A DNA stretch of 64,000 bases, taken from IMG/VR virus record IMGVR_UViG_3300024513_000016, positions 1 to 64,000 of that record, one strand, 5' to 3'. The notes under the pieces are model-generated. The model had not been told where the DNA came from, ran no database searches, and saw only the letters and a program-made list of their open reading frames with translations. The DNA is from a virus. This document shows, piece after piece, positions 47,601-55,502 of the stretch; position 1 is the first letter of the stretch; every line of letters starts with the position of its first letter. The position numbers were made by a program, and so were the translations under genes.

Positions 47601-48385
47601 TAATCACCCAAACCTCTTCCAGAGATGTCACCATATGCTCTGGCAACTTTATAATAATACATTTGCAGATCTGTAAGATCTGTTTGTTCATATCCAAGAC
47701 GTGCTTTATTTACTCCATCAGCATATGTAAAAGCTGTAAGTTTATGGTGAGAAAAATTAGGAACAGAACGATTGTCTGTGTAATCTTTAAATACTGTCTT
47801 TGTAGTATCTGCGTCAAAGAATGTAAATGTACTGAAGTAACAAGTACCAGTTACATTAAAAATACTAGAAAGATCGACATCATCATCATAAGGATTGGGT
47901 ATATAAAGTGGTCTAATCTTGGTTTTTCTAAGGTCTACACCAATAATAGATGTACCACGAGGAAGAATTACTCCACCACTAATAGAATTAAATTTATAAA
48001 GATCATTATTGGTATCGAAAATATCAAAATTTGAAGAAAAAGATAATGGATCTAAAGTAGTAGTCTGCCAAGTATCTTTACCTACTCTTTTTTTATATAC
48101 TGCACTACCATTAACATCTTGGATTGAATATCCTGGTCTATTATCAATATAATGAGTTGATGGATATACCATAATGGTAGTCCTATCATTTAAATCATTA
48201 TTCTTACCTTGTTGGTATGAAAATCTTGCTGCTTCAATTAATGCTCTTTGAATTGAAACAAATGGTCTTACAAGACTATCTCCACGATTCTCTATGCTGT
48301 CTGTAGCATCAAAATTGTTAGGATCGACATATAGTATATTCCCTTCAGGATTACGAAGGAAGTTGTCTAAACGAGATAAAGGCAT
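41645..48385 (-). CDS. Very large virion structural protein (baseplate/fibre, beta-helix N-terminal region)
   Basis: MPLSRLDNFL...ILYV.P..FDATD.I.N.G.S..RPF..IQRA.IE; ELRRPS..RASGHTFEY.GYGPGNYST cyanomyovirus signature; CTAAATA at 48417-48423. Confidence 0.85.
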   Translation of the reverse strand: MPLSRLDNFLRNPEGNILYVDPNNFDATDSIENRGDSLVRPFVSIQRALIEAARFSYQQGKNNDLNDRTTIMVYPSTHYIDNRPGYSIQDVNGSAVYKKRVGKDTWQTTTLDPLSFSSNFDIFDTNNDLYKFNSISGGVILPRGTSIIGVDLRKTKIRPLYIPNPYDDDVDLSSIFNVTGTCYFSTFTFFDADTTKTVFKDYTDNRSVPNFSHHKLTAFTYADGVNKARLGYEQTDLTDLQMYYYKVARAYGDISGRGLGDYPLNNDFEPSIDEYRIVGSLQSNPLGISSIRAGNGDGTGDNSIITVTTADLQTGTPKPHGLFIDTPVLISGITEEPASYNGSFVVREVVGLTTFTFSAVSTPTNLLPDPAAFDTATVVVESDTVSSASPYIFNCSLRSVYGMCGMHGDGSKADGFKSMVVAQYTGVSLQKDDNAFLIYEDGVYYDNLTLPNNSTERPLHTNSRAIYKPEYENFHIKTSNDGFIQSVSIFAIGFAKHFVTESGGDMSITNSNSNFGAISLESVGYRRESFDRDDVGYITHIIPPKEITTNENQVTWLSIDTYKTINPSNTLKRLYISSYSTKDVAPPSQTDGYRIGAKLQDKLYLTVTQGTDLQTFESPIYMPVPGGGEGVTSKKEYTIARTGGFNNISSNILTLTQNHQLFNGERVRIFSDTGQAPDGIQIDKVYYAITGGFLSDNQIQLAFSLNDAISRTPIQGIGNNGGRITVLSTVSDKFPGDLGHPVQWDENVGSWYLTSSQFTAQNKIYGAVVGLGTEILGLESPSTYFKRKLDNRAIEDKIYKLRYVIPKEYTFARPPQAGFVLQESKNVGISSLTIDEGTNLQSPVDLRNEKVIIDAIADSIVDNSQVVTITTEVPHNFIPGDIVKVQKIKSTNNTSGTGIVSTFNGSYPVVDVLDSKSFKYRISGVSTNPGNFLNAINSRTTRQQRDDLPLVSRESYLDNYFAYRVNTVKRHIPGEDGQDGIYHIIMLSSSVRPEEIVGYGVSEKTFNQDVRNLYPQTDRDNYAPDPLPSISYADLNILGRVVTDDKKKSTTREALNQLLRNSRVGFGITGLSISGTGNTTITLYTDIEHKLNSIKSLSVVSPGAGYPISSSIYSANLIDQFLLEEDATCRFNTTVTGAINPSTLRLVDVGSAHTVGQRLEIQGGSAGNNAVVTVQDINNNVNDALDLSGFYSTIPLNGTFKIIDVLDSKTIKIYHPTGISSYVENSNNDVPIGYLASKGVGITSFSFTNVSSGIVTVTTSQPHGLLPGNKISIVGSGHTMYNSTFVVRDNIGINTFTFNVGIVTETKSSTTGFVFKHGISANAKNLGRGEENLGSRASTIYAGVTTTISQGITENSTIIQLQSSNGFYRGDYIAINSEIVRLASTANGNEFDILRGQFGTVKTTAPVGSLIKKIKVLPMELRRPSFMRASGHTFEYLGYGPGNYSTGLPQKQNRILDEDDILTSQAREQRGGTVVYTGMNDSGEFFSGSKKLISATGEEKVIEAPILTYTGDDAEGENSNRLSGVFDEILVRERITVEGGENNNQSSQFYGPVNFTQKITNLSEDGILTKNFYIRGTASQEKLFTVGLSTPTSAIIPNPTLGDISYISNPTNGYIGHIYLENEWRPWGPISRTPDILDFKFDKLGIGTIAVGNYNFSVNGDTLIQNLRVTGQVVFDQTQSLGDVEFEDIVVNRTARFTGTGIDPITGLGTSYTQIHERGISRLNHLEVVGVSTFSGNVYINNNLFVDSIELDEIRVGIAASHIIDTKTRELVLKSKSGDVIVNSNFKVADGNVSISTTRNISVPNLGVVTAYINEASVLRLGVGNTNQTSYAEFNNDVRVFPDYGLRIGRSAGIGNVTSDILHRGTAALRLITVDSADVSIFTNNSEKFRVGSSGTITSYQNNSGQNLRGAHFKINQGGTGDVAMSWDITHNNSNIRWYAGIDTSDGYSWKLANPLVTVPYGNENFDVDAKLRVDPNGNTLISGDLTLGGSNFISTSTGIFNLLNTNVTTINAFGNANNVNIASNSITSRVNILGTTESNNANTGALVVSGGVGIAKNLNVAGNARISGIVTVNQNLIVDGTAQLATVDINGGNIDGTVIGAAVRASAQFTSINVNANSTFNGKNLTDVVLQKYGETVYNMGDIAGNRNINLNDGNVFIGTLTANSTFTITNPINLPNVGSSFTLILTNGTGGPYSVSWNPSSNVKFPNNLSPIRTQDAGKTDIWIFITPNQGTTWYGNIALYNFS

Positions 48386-48435
48386 TTTATCAGAACTACT
48401 TACATTTCCTATGTTCTATTTAGGAGTTCTATATA

Positions 48436-48503
48436 CAACAAAACCTCCAATAAGGAGGTTCTGAAGTCACACTTTTCGGGTCACTGTAGGAATTCCTCCC
48501 ACC
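48436..48503 (-). ncRNA. Candidate ~68-nt small RNA (or minigene) with its own promoter and terminator
   Basis: Promoter at 48510-48538; 5' stem GUGGGA/UCCUAC; terminator AACCUCC-UUAUU-GGAGGUU-UUGUU. Confidence 0.55.
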
Positions 48504-48509
48504 GAATAA

Positions 48510-48538
48510 ATTGTAAATTAAAATGTATTAACTGTCAA
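48510..48538 (-). promoter_or_regulatory. Sigma70-type early promoter
   Basis: TTGACA-17 nt-TACAAT. Confidence 0.8.
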
Positions 48539-48695
48539 GTTCTCCTCGCAGTTCAGCAAGTTTTGCTGTAGCAAGACATTCAACACATGTCCAATAGGTT
48601 TCACCACTAATAGGAAAATTATTATCCGTAAAGTGTGCTGCAATATCTTCCTGAAGCTCTCTAAGGTCTTGAAGTGTGTCTCGCTCAATGTACAT
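48528..48695 (-). CDS. Small hypothetical early protein (55 aa, MYIERDTLQDLRELQED...), not in ORF track
   Basis: Translated by hand; lies behind its own promoter. Confidence 0.75.
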   Translation of the reverse strand: MYIERDTLQDLRELQEDIAAHFTDNNFPISGETYWTCVECLATAKLAELRGELDS

Positions 48696-48722
48696 AATTA
48701 AGTTTTTTCATCCTACAGATTC

Positions 48723-48751
48723 ATTGTAGCAATATTCGAGTATCCTGTCAA
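48723..48751 (-). promoter_or_regulatory. Sigma70-type early promoter
   Basis: TTGACA-17 nt-TACAAT. Confidence 0.8.
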
Positions 48752-51700
48752 GTGTCACCAAAAACCTTTGAATTCAACTTTCGAAGTTGTTCTTTTAGTT
48801 CTAAATTTTCTTCTTTTAAAGTTTTTACACTTTCAATAAGAAGACCAATTAAACCATTATAATTAACTGTCTTAGTTTCTCCATCAGTAACTAATTCAGG
48901 AATAACTGCTTCAACATCTTGAGCAATAACACCAGCAGATTGCTTTTTGTTTTCCTTCCAGTTAAAAGTTACACCGTTTATTTGAGAAACAATTTCTAGT
49001 GAATTTTCAATCTTATTAATATTTTCTTTTAATCTTCTGTCTGAAGTTGTATTATAATCAAATGCAGTTACAATACCAGGGAAATTTGCATTTCTTCCAA
49101 AATTAACATCGAGATCGGAGATACTAATAGTTGAATTTAAATTACTACTACTTCTGATTTCAGATGCAATAATCTTTCCTTGGAATGAAACATCACCCGA
49201 TGTGCTATACATATAGAATGAATTTGTTCCATCGGGTGCTTTAATAAATCCACTGGAAGAAATAAATGAATTTGCTGTTACAATTCCAGTAAAATTACCA
49301 GTAGTCGCAGTAATTGATCCAACTACAATATTTGGAGTTCCAGTAAGTCCCTGAGCAACAGTTGCAATTCCTGCTGAAGTTGCATAAGTTGCAATTCCAG
49401 AAGAAGTTGAATATGTAGATATTCCTGCAATACTTGCATAAGTTGCAATGCCTGCATAATTTACATACTGTTGATCAGTAAAGGTAATTGTTGCACCAAC
49501 ACCAATCGAATCAATACTTAAATTATTACCAACAAAATTTATTAAACTAATACTAGAAGCAGATCCAACTAAAACACCATTATCTAATAAAGTAATACCT
49601 TCAATTGCACCAGAAGCAGCAGCAGGTCTCCATTCAGGTTTTCCTGAGGAAACTGAAAGTACATATGATTCTGGACCAATTGAAAGGAAACTGGTAATAC
49701 CTACATTTTCCTGATAAGGTATTGCATATGAGGTTCCACCACTTAAATTGATCGAACTAGTTGCAGTTCCACTTAAATTTCCATAGAAATAATTGGCAGA
49801 TACTGAATCATCTGATACTGTTACTGCAGAACCTACTGCAAGTCTAACTCCATTTTTAACTTGAGTGGATCCAATACCAACCCCATAATTAAATAACCAA
49901 GCATCAGTAGTTCCTGTTCCAAGAGTTCCACCCTTTACCCAAGTTATCTGCTTATAAGTTGAAGAAATATCACCATTTGATAGATTTACTAATGGTGAAC
50001 CCTCAGTACTCGCAATCGAAATTCCACCATAATTAGCAGAAGTATCAGTTTCGTTATGAGATGTAGAGTATCCTAGAACAATATTCTTATCTTCTATAAG
50101 TTGTTCTACAACATTTAATATAACTTGTGTTCCATTAACAGTTAAATTGCCATCAATAACAACGTTATTATTAACTGTAAGATCATTTTGAATGGTTACA
50201 TTATTTGGAAGTCCAACTACTGGGGAAGACCCCTCACCAGTAGAAGATGTAACCTCAACTTCATTTACTGTTCCACTGATAGTCTTAACATAATCTCCGA
50301 AAGTATCAGTCCCCAGACCGACAGAATTTGGTTGAATAGTTGCAGCAATAGAAACATTTCCTGTTCCATCAAAAGTAACTCCAGAACCTACAATGTCACC
50401 AGTGATTGAAAATGTTCTTGGAGTTTGAAGTTTAGTTGATTGTGTAGATATTCCTGCAGTAGATGCATATGTTGCAATTCCAGAAGATTGTGAATATGCA
50501 GGTGTAGAAAATGTAATTACTGCTGTTGTTCCTACACCAGTAGCAGTAACATAATCACCAACAAAATCAATTGTTGCAAAACTGGAAGCAGATCCTACAA
50601 TATTTCCTTCATCTTTAATTGTAATCCCTTCAAGTTTAGATAGAATAAGATCCGTAAGATTCCCACCAGATCCATAAAATGCTGTAGCAGTTACAACTCC
50701 AGAAACATAAACCTGATTTGCGGTTACAATTCCTAAAGTAGAAATTCCACTGACATTTAAATTAGTAACTGATGCAATTCCACCAATTACGTTTGTAGAT
50801 ACTCCAGCAGTGGTTGCATAAGTAGCAATTCCAGCAATAGGAGAATAAACTGCTGTTACATTAGTTAATCCTGAACCATCTCCAACATGACTTCCACTAA
50901 AAATACCTGCAGAAAGTCTTCCTGAGAAAGGATTATAAATTAAACCGTTAGTTCTTACGGAAGTATATCCACTTTGACTAGTGAAAAATCCTACATAATG
51001 ATTTTGATTGCCTGAATAAGTACCTATTAAAACCTTATCGGAATTTGTAGCAATGCCTGCTGAAGTTGCATAAGTCGAAGTTGATGCATTTCCATCTAAA
51101 GTTCCAACAAAAGTTGTTGCAGTAACAACACCACTAAAATTTCCATTACCTGTAACATTTAGATCTGATACTATTTGTCCTCCGATAGACAAATTAGTAC
51201 TAATAGAAACTAAATTTGCATTTAAATATAGATCATTTGGACTCGTTATATTTGGAGTCCCAGCATTAGTAGAAACAAATGAATTTGCAGTTACAACACC
51301 AGTAAAATTACCATCCCCACTTACATTTAAATTAGTAACTGATGCAATTCCACCTATTACGTTTGTAGAGACTCCTGCAAAATCTGCATAAGTTGCTATG
51401 CCAGAAGAGGTTGCATAGGTTGATATGCCAGAAGAGGTTGCATAGGTTGATATGTCAGAAGAGGTTGCATAGGTTGATATGCCAGAAGAGGTTGCATAGG
51501 TTGCTATGCCTGCAGTAATTGCATAGGTAGCAATACCAGCATAAGAAGCATATTCAGTGTCAGTTTCTGAAAGAGGATACCAGAATCTACCACCCTCAGA
51601 AGTAGCAGTTGCAACTAAAATAAATACCTCTCCAGGAGGAAGAGGATTTGCCCCTATAGATGAGGGACCAACTAAAGGATCCCCAAGGTTAGGTTCAGCT

Positions 51701-51792
51701 TGCTCTAATCCTAAAAATTGATACCTATCAGGTGTGATATCAACTTGAGGAGTTCTTTTTACTCTCTTACTTAGGAACCCTTGATTTGCCAT
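48748..51792 (-). CDS. Tail fibre with C-terminal peptidase S74 chaperone
   Basis: RYQFLGLEQAEPNLG.P anchor; YAxxAGI(A/S)T repeats; TSDRRLKENI...TVNYNGLIGLLIESVK. Confidence 0.85.
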   Translation of the reverse strand: MANQGFLSKRVKRTPQVDITPDRYQFLGLEQAEPNLGDPLVGPSSIGANPLPPGEVFILVATATSEGGRFWYPLSETDTEYASYAGIATYAITAGIATYATSSGISTYATSSDISTYATSSGISTYATSSGIATYADFAGVSTNVIGGIASVTNLNVSGDGNFTGVVTANSFVSTNAGTPNITSPNDLYLNANLVSISTNLSIGGQIVSDLNVTGNGNFSGVVTATTFVGTLDGNASTSTYATSAGIATNSDKVLIGTYSGNQNHYVGFFTSQSGYTSVRTNGLIYNPFSGRLSAGIFSGSHVGDGSGLTNVTAVYSPIAGIATYATTAGVSTNVIGGIASVTNLNVSGISTLGIVTANQVYVSGVVTATAFYGSGGNLTDLILSKLEGITIKDEGNIVGSASSFATIDFVGDYVTATGVGTTAVITFSTPAYSQSSGIATYASTAGISTQSTKLQTPRTFSITGDIVGSGVTFDGTGNVSIAATIQPNSVGLGTDTFGDYVKTISGTVNEVEVTSSTGEGSSPVVGLPNNVTIQNDLTVNNNVVIDGNLTVNGTQVILNVVEQLIEDKNIVLGYSTSHNETDTSANYGGISIASTEGSPLVNLSNGDISSTYKQITWVKGGTLGTGTTDAWLFNYGVGIGSTQVKNGVRLAVGSAVTVSDDSVSANYFYGNLSGTATSSINLSGGTSYAIPYQENVGITSFLSIGPESYVLSVSSGKPEWRPAAASGAIEGITLLDNGVLVGSASSISLINFVGNNLSIDSIGVGATITFTDQQYVNYAGIATYASIAGISTYSTSSGIATYATSAGIATVAQGLTGTPNIVVGSITATTGNFTGIVTANSFISSSGFIKAPDGTNSFYMYSTSGDVSFQGKIIASEIRSSSNLNSTISISDLDVNFGRNANFPGIVTAFDYNTTSDRRLKENINKIENSLEIVSQINGVTFNWKENKKQSAGVIAQDVEAVIPELVTDGETKTVNYNGLIGLLIESVKTLKEENLELKEQLRKLNSKVFGDT
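51400..51507 (-). repeat. 4 x 27-nt near-perfect tandem repeat (YATSSGIST)
   Basis: gccagaagaggttgcataggttgatat units at 51400, 51427, 51454, 51481. Confidence 0.9.
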
Positions 51793-51802
51793 TTCTTATA
51801 TA

Positions 51803-52159
51803 TTATTGATTAGAAGTTTCAAGAATACTGATAATAAACTTTAAATCAGTTGAACTACTACTACTTATAGTAATATAATCCCCTTGCTCAAGAACTAATT
51901 TTCCAGGCAATAAGTTTGCAGTATCATTACTAGGAATGTGAAAATTTTTAACAATTTCCGTAGAAACTGTTCCTACACCAGACACTACACGATTGTGATA
52001 CCAACTTAATGTTTGAGTTTCGTTACCAATATTTGAACATTGTGCAAGCAAAAACACTCCAACGAATCCAACGGGTGCTTCATATATATTTTCTGTCGAT
52101 AATCCAACAACTTTAGTAATTGTACGGAAATTATTTACTGCTGCTGCTGCAACTGCCAT
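51803..52159 (-). CDS. Small virion structural protein
   Basis: N.F.T...IY.AP.G...IP.ND...GKLVLE.GD...SILET. Confidence 0.75.
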   Translation of the reverse strand: MAVAAAAVNNFRTITKVVGLSTENIYEAPVGFVGVFLLAQCSNIGNETQTLSWYHNRVVSGVGTVSTEIVKNFHIPSNDTANLLPGKLVLEQGDYITISSSSSTDLKFIISILETSNQ

Positions 52160-52174
52160 TTTTAACGTTCCTCC

Positions 52175-55100
52175 TTAGTCTGATAGTGCAAGAATAAAAG
52201 GGGTTAAAGTTGTAAACAAACTCTTGGAGTAAATTCTACCAGAAATTGTTCCTGATGCTTGATTTATAACAACTCCATCACCAATTCGGAAATTTCCTGC
52301 TTGGTCGGTACTGGTATAAACTACAATTCCTCCATTTTCTTGAACAACTTCATTATCTTGAATAGCAACACCACCGAGAGCAGGTTTGGCACGATTAATA
52401 TCATTTCCAGAACCAACCCATTCAAATGAATGAGATGATGTAATTTGTAAACTTACTCGTGTAAAGTATACTGTAGTTCCTGCACTAACTGTATTATTTA
52501 GGTTCTGTAATAAAGTGATTGTAGAAATTCCGGCACTTGGTAAAGTAGCAGAATCAACTTTATAAAATATTGGTTGCATTCTAGACACTGATGCTTGTGC
52601 TTGAACTCCAACTCCAGTTGGAGGAGCAATCGTGACAGTGGGGGGATTTAAATATTGAGTTCCCGAGTTTATAATATTGATAGAAACCACTCTTCCATTT
52701 TCAATTGTAGATGTAGCTTGAGCAGTAATTCCATTTTCACCCTCAGGTGCAGAGAAAAACACTCTAGGTGCAGATTCATATCCGAATCCACCATCAGTAA
52801 CTTCTACGGTATCGACAAAATTATATAAATCTCCAAAATAACAAACCTGTCCATCATAAGGTCTATATGATCCTAATCCTCCAACCTGTACATCATTATT
52901 TTTTGCTGGAGAATCTGTGGTAACTGTTCCAGTATAACGATAAATTGATTTAGTATTTTCATCTCCATCTCCATCGGCATAAAGTCCTAGTCTACCAAAT
53001 GATGAGTTAGAGTTTGTAATATCACATTGACCTCCAGATCCAGTAAATACTGAAATATCATTACAAATAGTAAAGATAGAAACTAACTGTGCATATGCAC
53101 CATTTGTAATAGAAACTCCAATTCCACCTTGATTATACTGAGTGTATGAGTCAACACTCATTGTACCAGTAACACCTATATCATTTAAATCACCAGGTTC
53201 AGCATCAAATCCTTCCACTTTCATGCCTATACTGTTACCAATAAAATTGGTACAGTTTCTTACATATGGTCCCTGTGTAATAGGTCCTACACCTTTAGAA
53301 TATGGAGGTAAAACTAATCCTCCAGAAGAATAAGTATGCGGAATAGTAGAAGTTCCAACTACGATTGTAAATGATCCTGGAGATGGTACATCTATTACTC
53401 TGAACTGATACCCCTCACTTCCTGTTGGATATATTGTAGTGGTCCCTGCACCACTCATACATGTAAATTCTAAATCACGAATTCCAACTAAATCACCTAC
53501 ATTAATGATTGCGTTTGGTGAAGAAATTGTAGTAATTCCTGTAGTATGATCATAATCTGCATCTATTACAGGAATAGAACGATCCACTACAAATCCACCT
53601 GAAACATAAGTATGAGGTAGCGTAGATACTCCAACGTAAATATCAAAAGAACCATCTTCATTAACTTGCTCAACTAAAAATTGATTTCCATATTTTCCAG
53701 ATGGGAACTTTTGAGTAGATGTAGTTATACCAGAAGAACACTCAAATACTAAGTCATATATTTCTACGGTGTCATTTTCTTTTACTGAAAAATTAGGAAT
53801 TGTAAGTGTGGTTCTTCCACTTACTTCATCATAAACTGCATTGGTAACTTCTTTTACTGTTGTAAATCCAATTCCTGCATTTCCTGGATATGTAACATTA
53901 AATACATTGCCCAAAACAGTTGGACCTTGATCAATAATTGTAGTTACAACACCAACACATGAATAGATTGCAGATACTACATTTGCACAAGAATTTATAT
54001 CAATATTTGATCCTGTAGCACTGTCTGCTTGCATTCCAAGATCTCTAATTTGAGTAAATTCGGATTGATAATTACCATCCCAGGAGACATTATTAATACA
54101 AGATTTTGCAATTCCTGCAGCATAACGAATAGTATCTATAGTTTCAGTCTTAACACCAACAATATGTTGAAGAGTTTCATCACTATAATATGAAAGTCCT
54201 GCTCCTACACACTTAGAATTACCACCCCTAGTAATATCAAAGCAAATTGCTTTAAAAATATCCTTAATGTCATCTTTACATGAAGTATAGTCATTACTAG
54301 ACAAAGTAAATGCTGGATATTGGTAATCTGTACTGGTTAAATATCCAACTGCTTCAGATGCAATAAAATCAAGATTCATACGAATCAGTCTTGCAGCATC
54401 AAAAAATCTATCTTCAGATACACCTAAAAGTGGTTGAAATGCTACAACTGCTGCACCTGAAGTAACATTAGGTCCAACAAAACTCATATCAGTTATATGG
54501 CATCCATTATTTACATGGAATAGATCTCTATCCAAATATTTTGGAGTGACTATACAGTTTCTCAGTTCAGTTCCTTCTACTGATACTGTTCTAGAAAGAA
54601 CAATTGGATTTTCTTCAACATAAGCTCCAGGGAATACTTTTATAGTATCTCCAGACAATGCAACTGCGGATGCTGATTTAATTGTTCTTTTTGGATGATT
54701 TTCTGACAATCCTGTATTATTATCATCACCATTTTGGGAAACATAAATTGTTTTACCAACTGGTCTATATGAAGATATTTCAACTACACCCTTTCCAGCA
54801 GTTTGACTGCTGTTAATATCAATACCAATTCCTGCAACAAGTTGTGTTACTATCCCAACCAGTCCTACACCATCACCAAGATATTCATTAGCAATAACAG
54901 TATTAAGAGTAGATACTCCAGATACAGATAATTGCGTTACCGAAGCAATTCCACCAACAACGTCAGTAGATACACCAGATGCTAAAGTGTATGCAGAAAC
55001 TTCTGTTTGGAAAGACGTTCCTGTGATATTAATATCATATGTTCCAGACAGTCTTTCTTTAGGAATAACACCATCAAGAATATTTGCACCATCTGTTAAA

Positions 55101-55459
55101 AAATTTGCAGTATTTGCAGATCCAGTAACATTAATATCATAAGTTCCCTGAAGAACTGATGTGGAAACTATTCCACTCTTAATATTGCCTGCGTCTTCAA
55201 GAAAGTCTGCACTATCTACTGAAACTGGATAATAACCAGATAATCTTTCAGAACTAATTGTTCCTGAAATAATATTTGAACCATTCAGTAAAGCATTAGC
55301 AAAGTCTGCAGTTCCTGAAAAAATACCAACAAATTTGTTTGCAGTAATAGTAGATGCACCTACTATACTATTCCCATCAAGATTTAGATTATCCCCGTAG
55401 GACAGTTCCTCAATCTTACCTGTATCGGGATTAACTATAAGTGGATATCTATCGGCCAT
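52175..55459 (-). CDS. Virion structural protein with beta-helix (pectate lyase-like) domain
   Basis: IYVS.NGDD.N.G....PKRTIK.A...GD.I.V.PG.Y.E; PYV.NCT; DSYTQYNQGG.G; YTSTDQ.GNFRIG. Confidence 0.8.
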   Translation of the reverse strand: MADRYPLIVNPDTGKIEELSYGDNLNLDGNSIVGASTITANKFVGIFSGTADFANALLNGSNIISGTISSERLSGYYPVSVDSADFLEDAGNIKSGIVSTSVLQGTYDINVTGSANTANFLTDGANILDGVIPKERLSGTYDINITGTSFQTEVSAYTLASGVSTDVVGGIASVTQLSVSGVSTLNTVIANEYLGDGVGLVGIVTQLVAGIGIDINSSQTAGKGVVEISSYRPVGKTIYVSQNGDDNNTGLSENHPKRTIKSASAVALSGDTIKVFPGAYVEENPIVLSRTVSVEGTELRNCIVTPKYLDRDLFHVNNGCHITDMSFVGPNVTSGAAVVAFQPLLGVSEDRFFDAARLIRMNLDFIASEAVGYLTSTDYQYPAFTLSSNDYTSCKDDIKDIFKAICFDITRGGNSKCVGAGLSYYSDETLQHIVGVKTETIDTIRYAAGIAKSCINNVSWDGNYQSEFTQIRDLGMQADSATGSNIDINSCANVVSAIYSCVGVVTTIIDQGPTVLGNVFNVTYPGNAGIGFTTVKEVTNAVYDEVSGRTTLTIPNFSVKENDTVEIYDLVFECSSGITTSTQKFPSGKYGNQFLVEQVNEDGSFDIYVGVSTLPHTYVSGGFVVDRSIPVIDADYDHTTGITTISSPNAIINVGDLVGIRDLEFTCMSGAGTTTIYPTGSEGYQFRVIDVPSPGSFTIVVGTSTIPHTYSSGGLVLPPYSKGVGPITQGPYVRNCTNFIGNSIGMKVEGFDAEPGDLNDIGVTGTMSVDSYTQYNQGGIGVSITNGAYAQLVSIFTICNDISVFTGSGGQCDITNSNSSFGRLGLYADGDGDENTKSIYRYTGTVTTDSPAKNNDVQVGGLGSYRPYDGQVCYFGDLYNFVDTVEVTDGGFGYESAPRVFFSAPEGENGITAQATSTIENGRVVSINIINSGTQYLNPPTVTIAPPTGVGVQAQASVSRMQPIFYKVDSATLPSAGISTITLLQNLNNTVSAGTTVYFTRVSLQITSSHSFEWVGSGNDINRAKPALGGVAIQDNEVVQENGGIVVYTSTDQAGNFRIGDGVVINQASGTISGRIYSKSLFTTLTPFILALSD

Positions 55460-55502
55460 TAACTTATGTTTAGATGCTTTTAGTTCTTATAATATATAGG
55501 TT

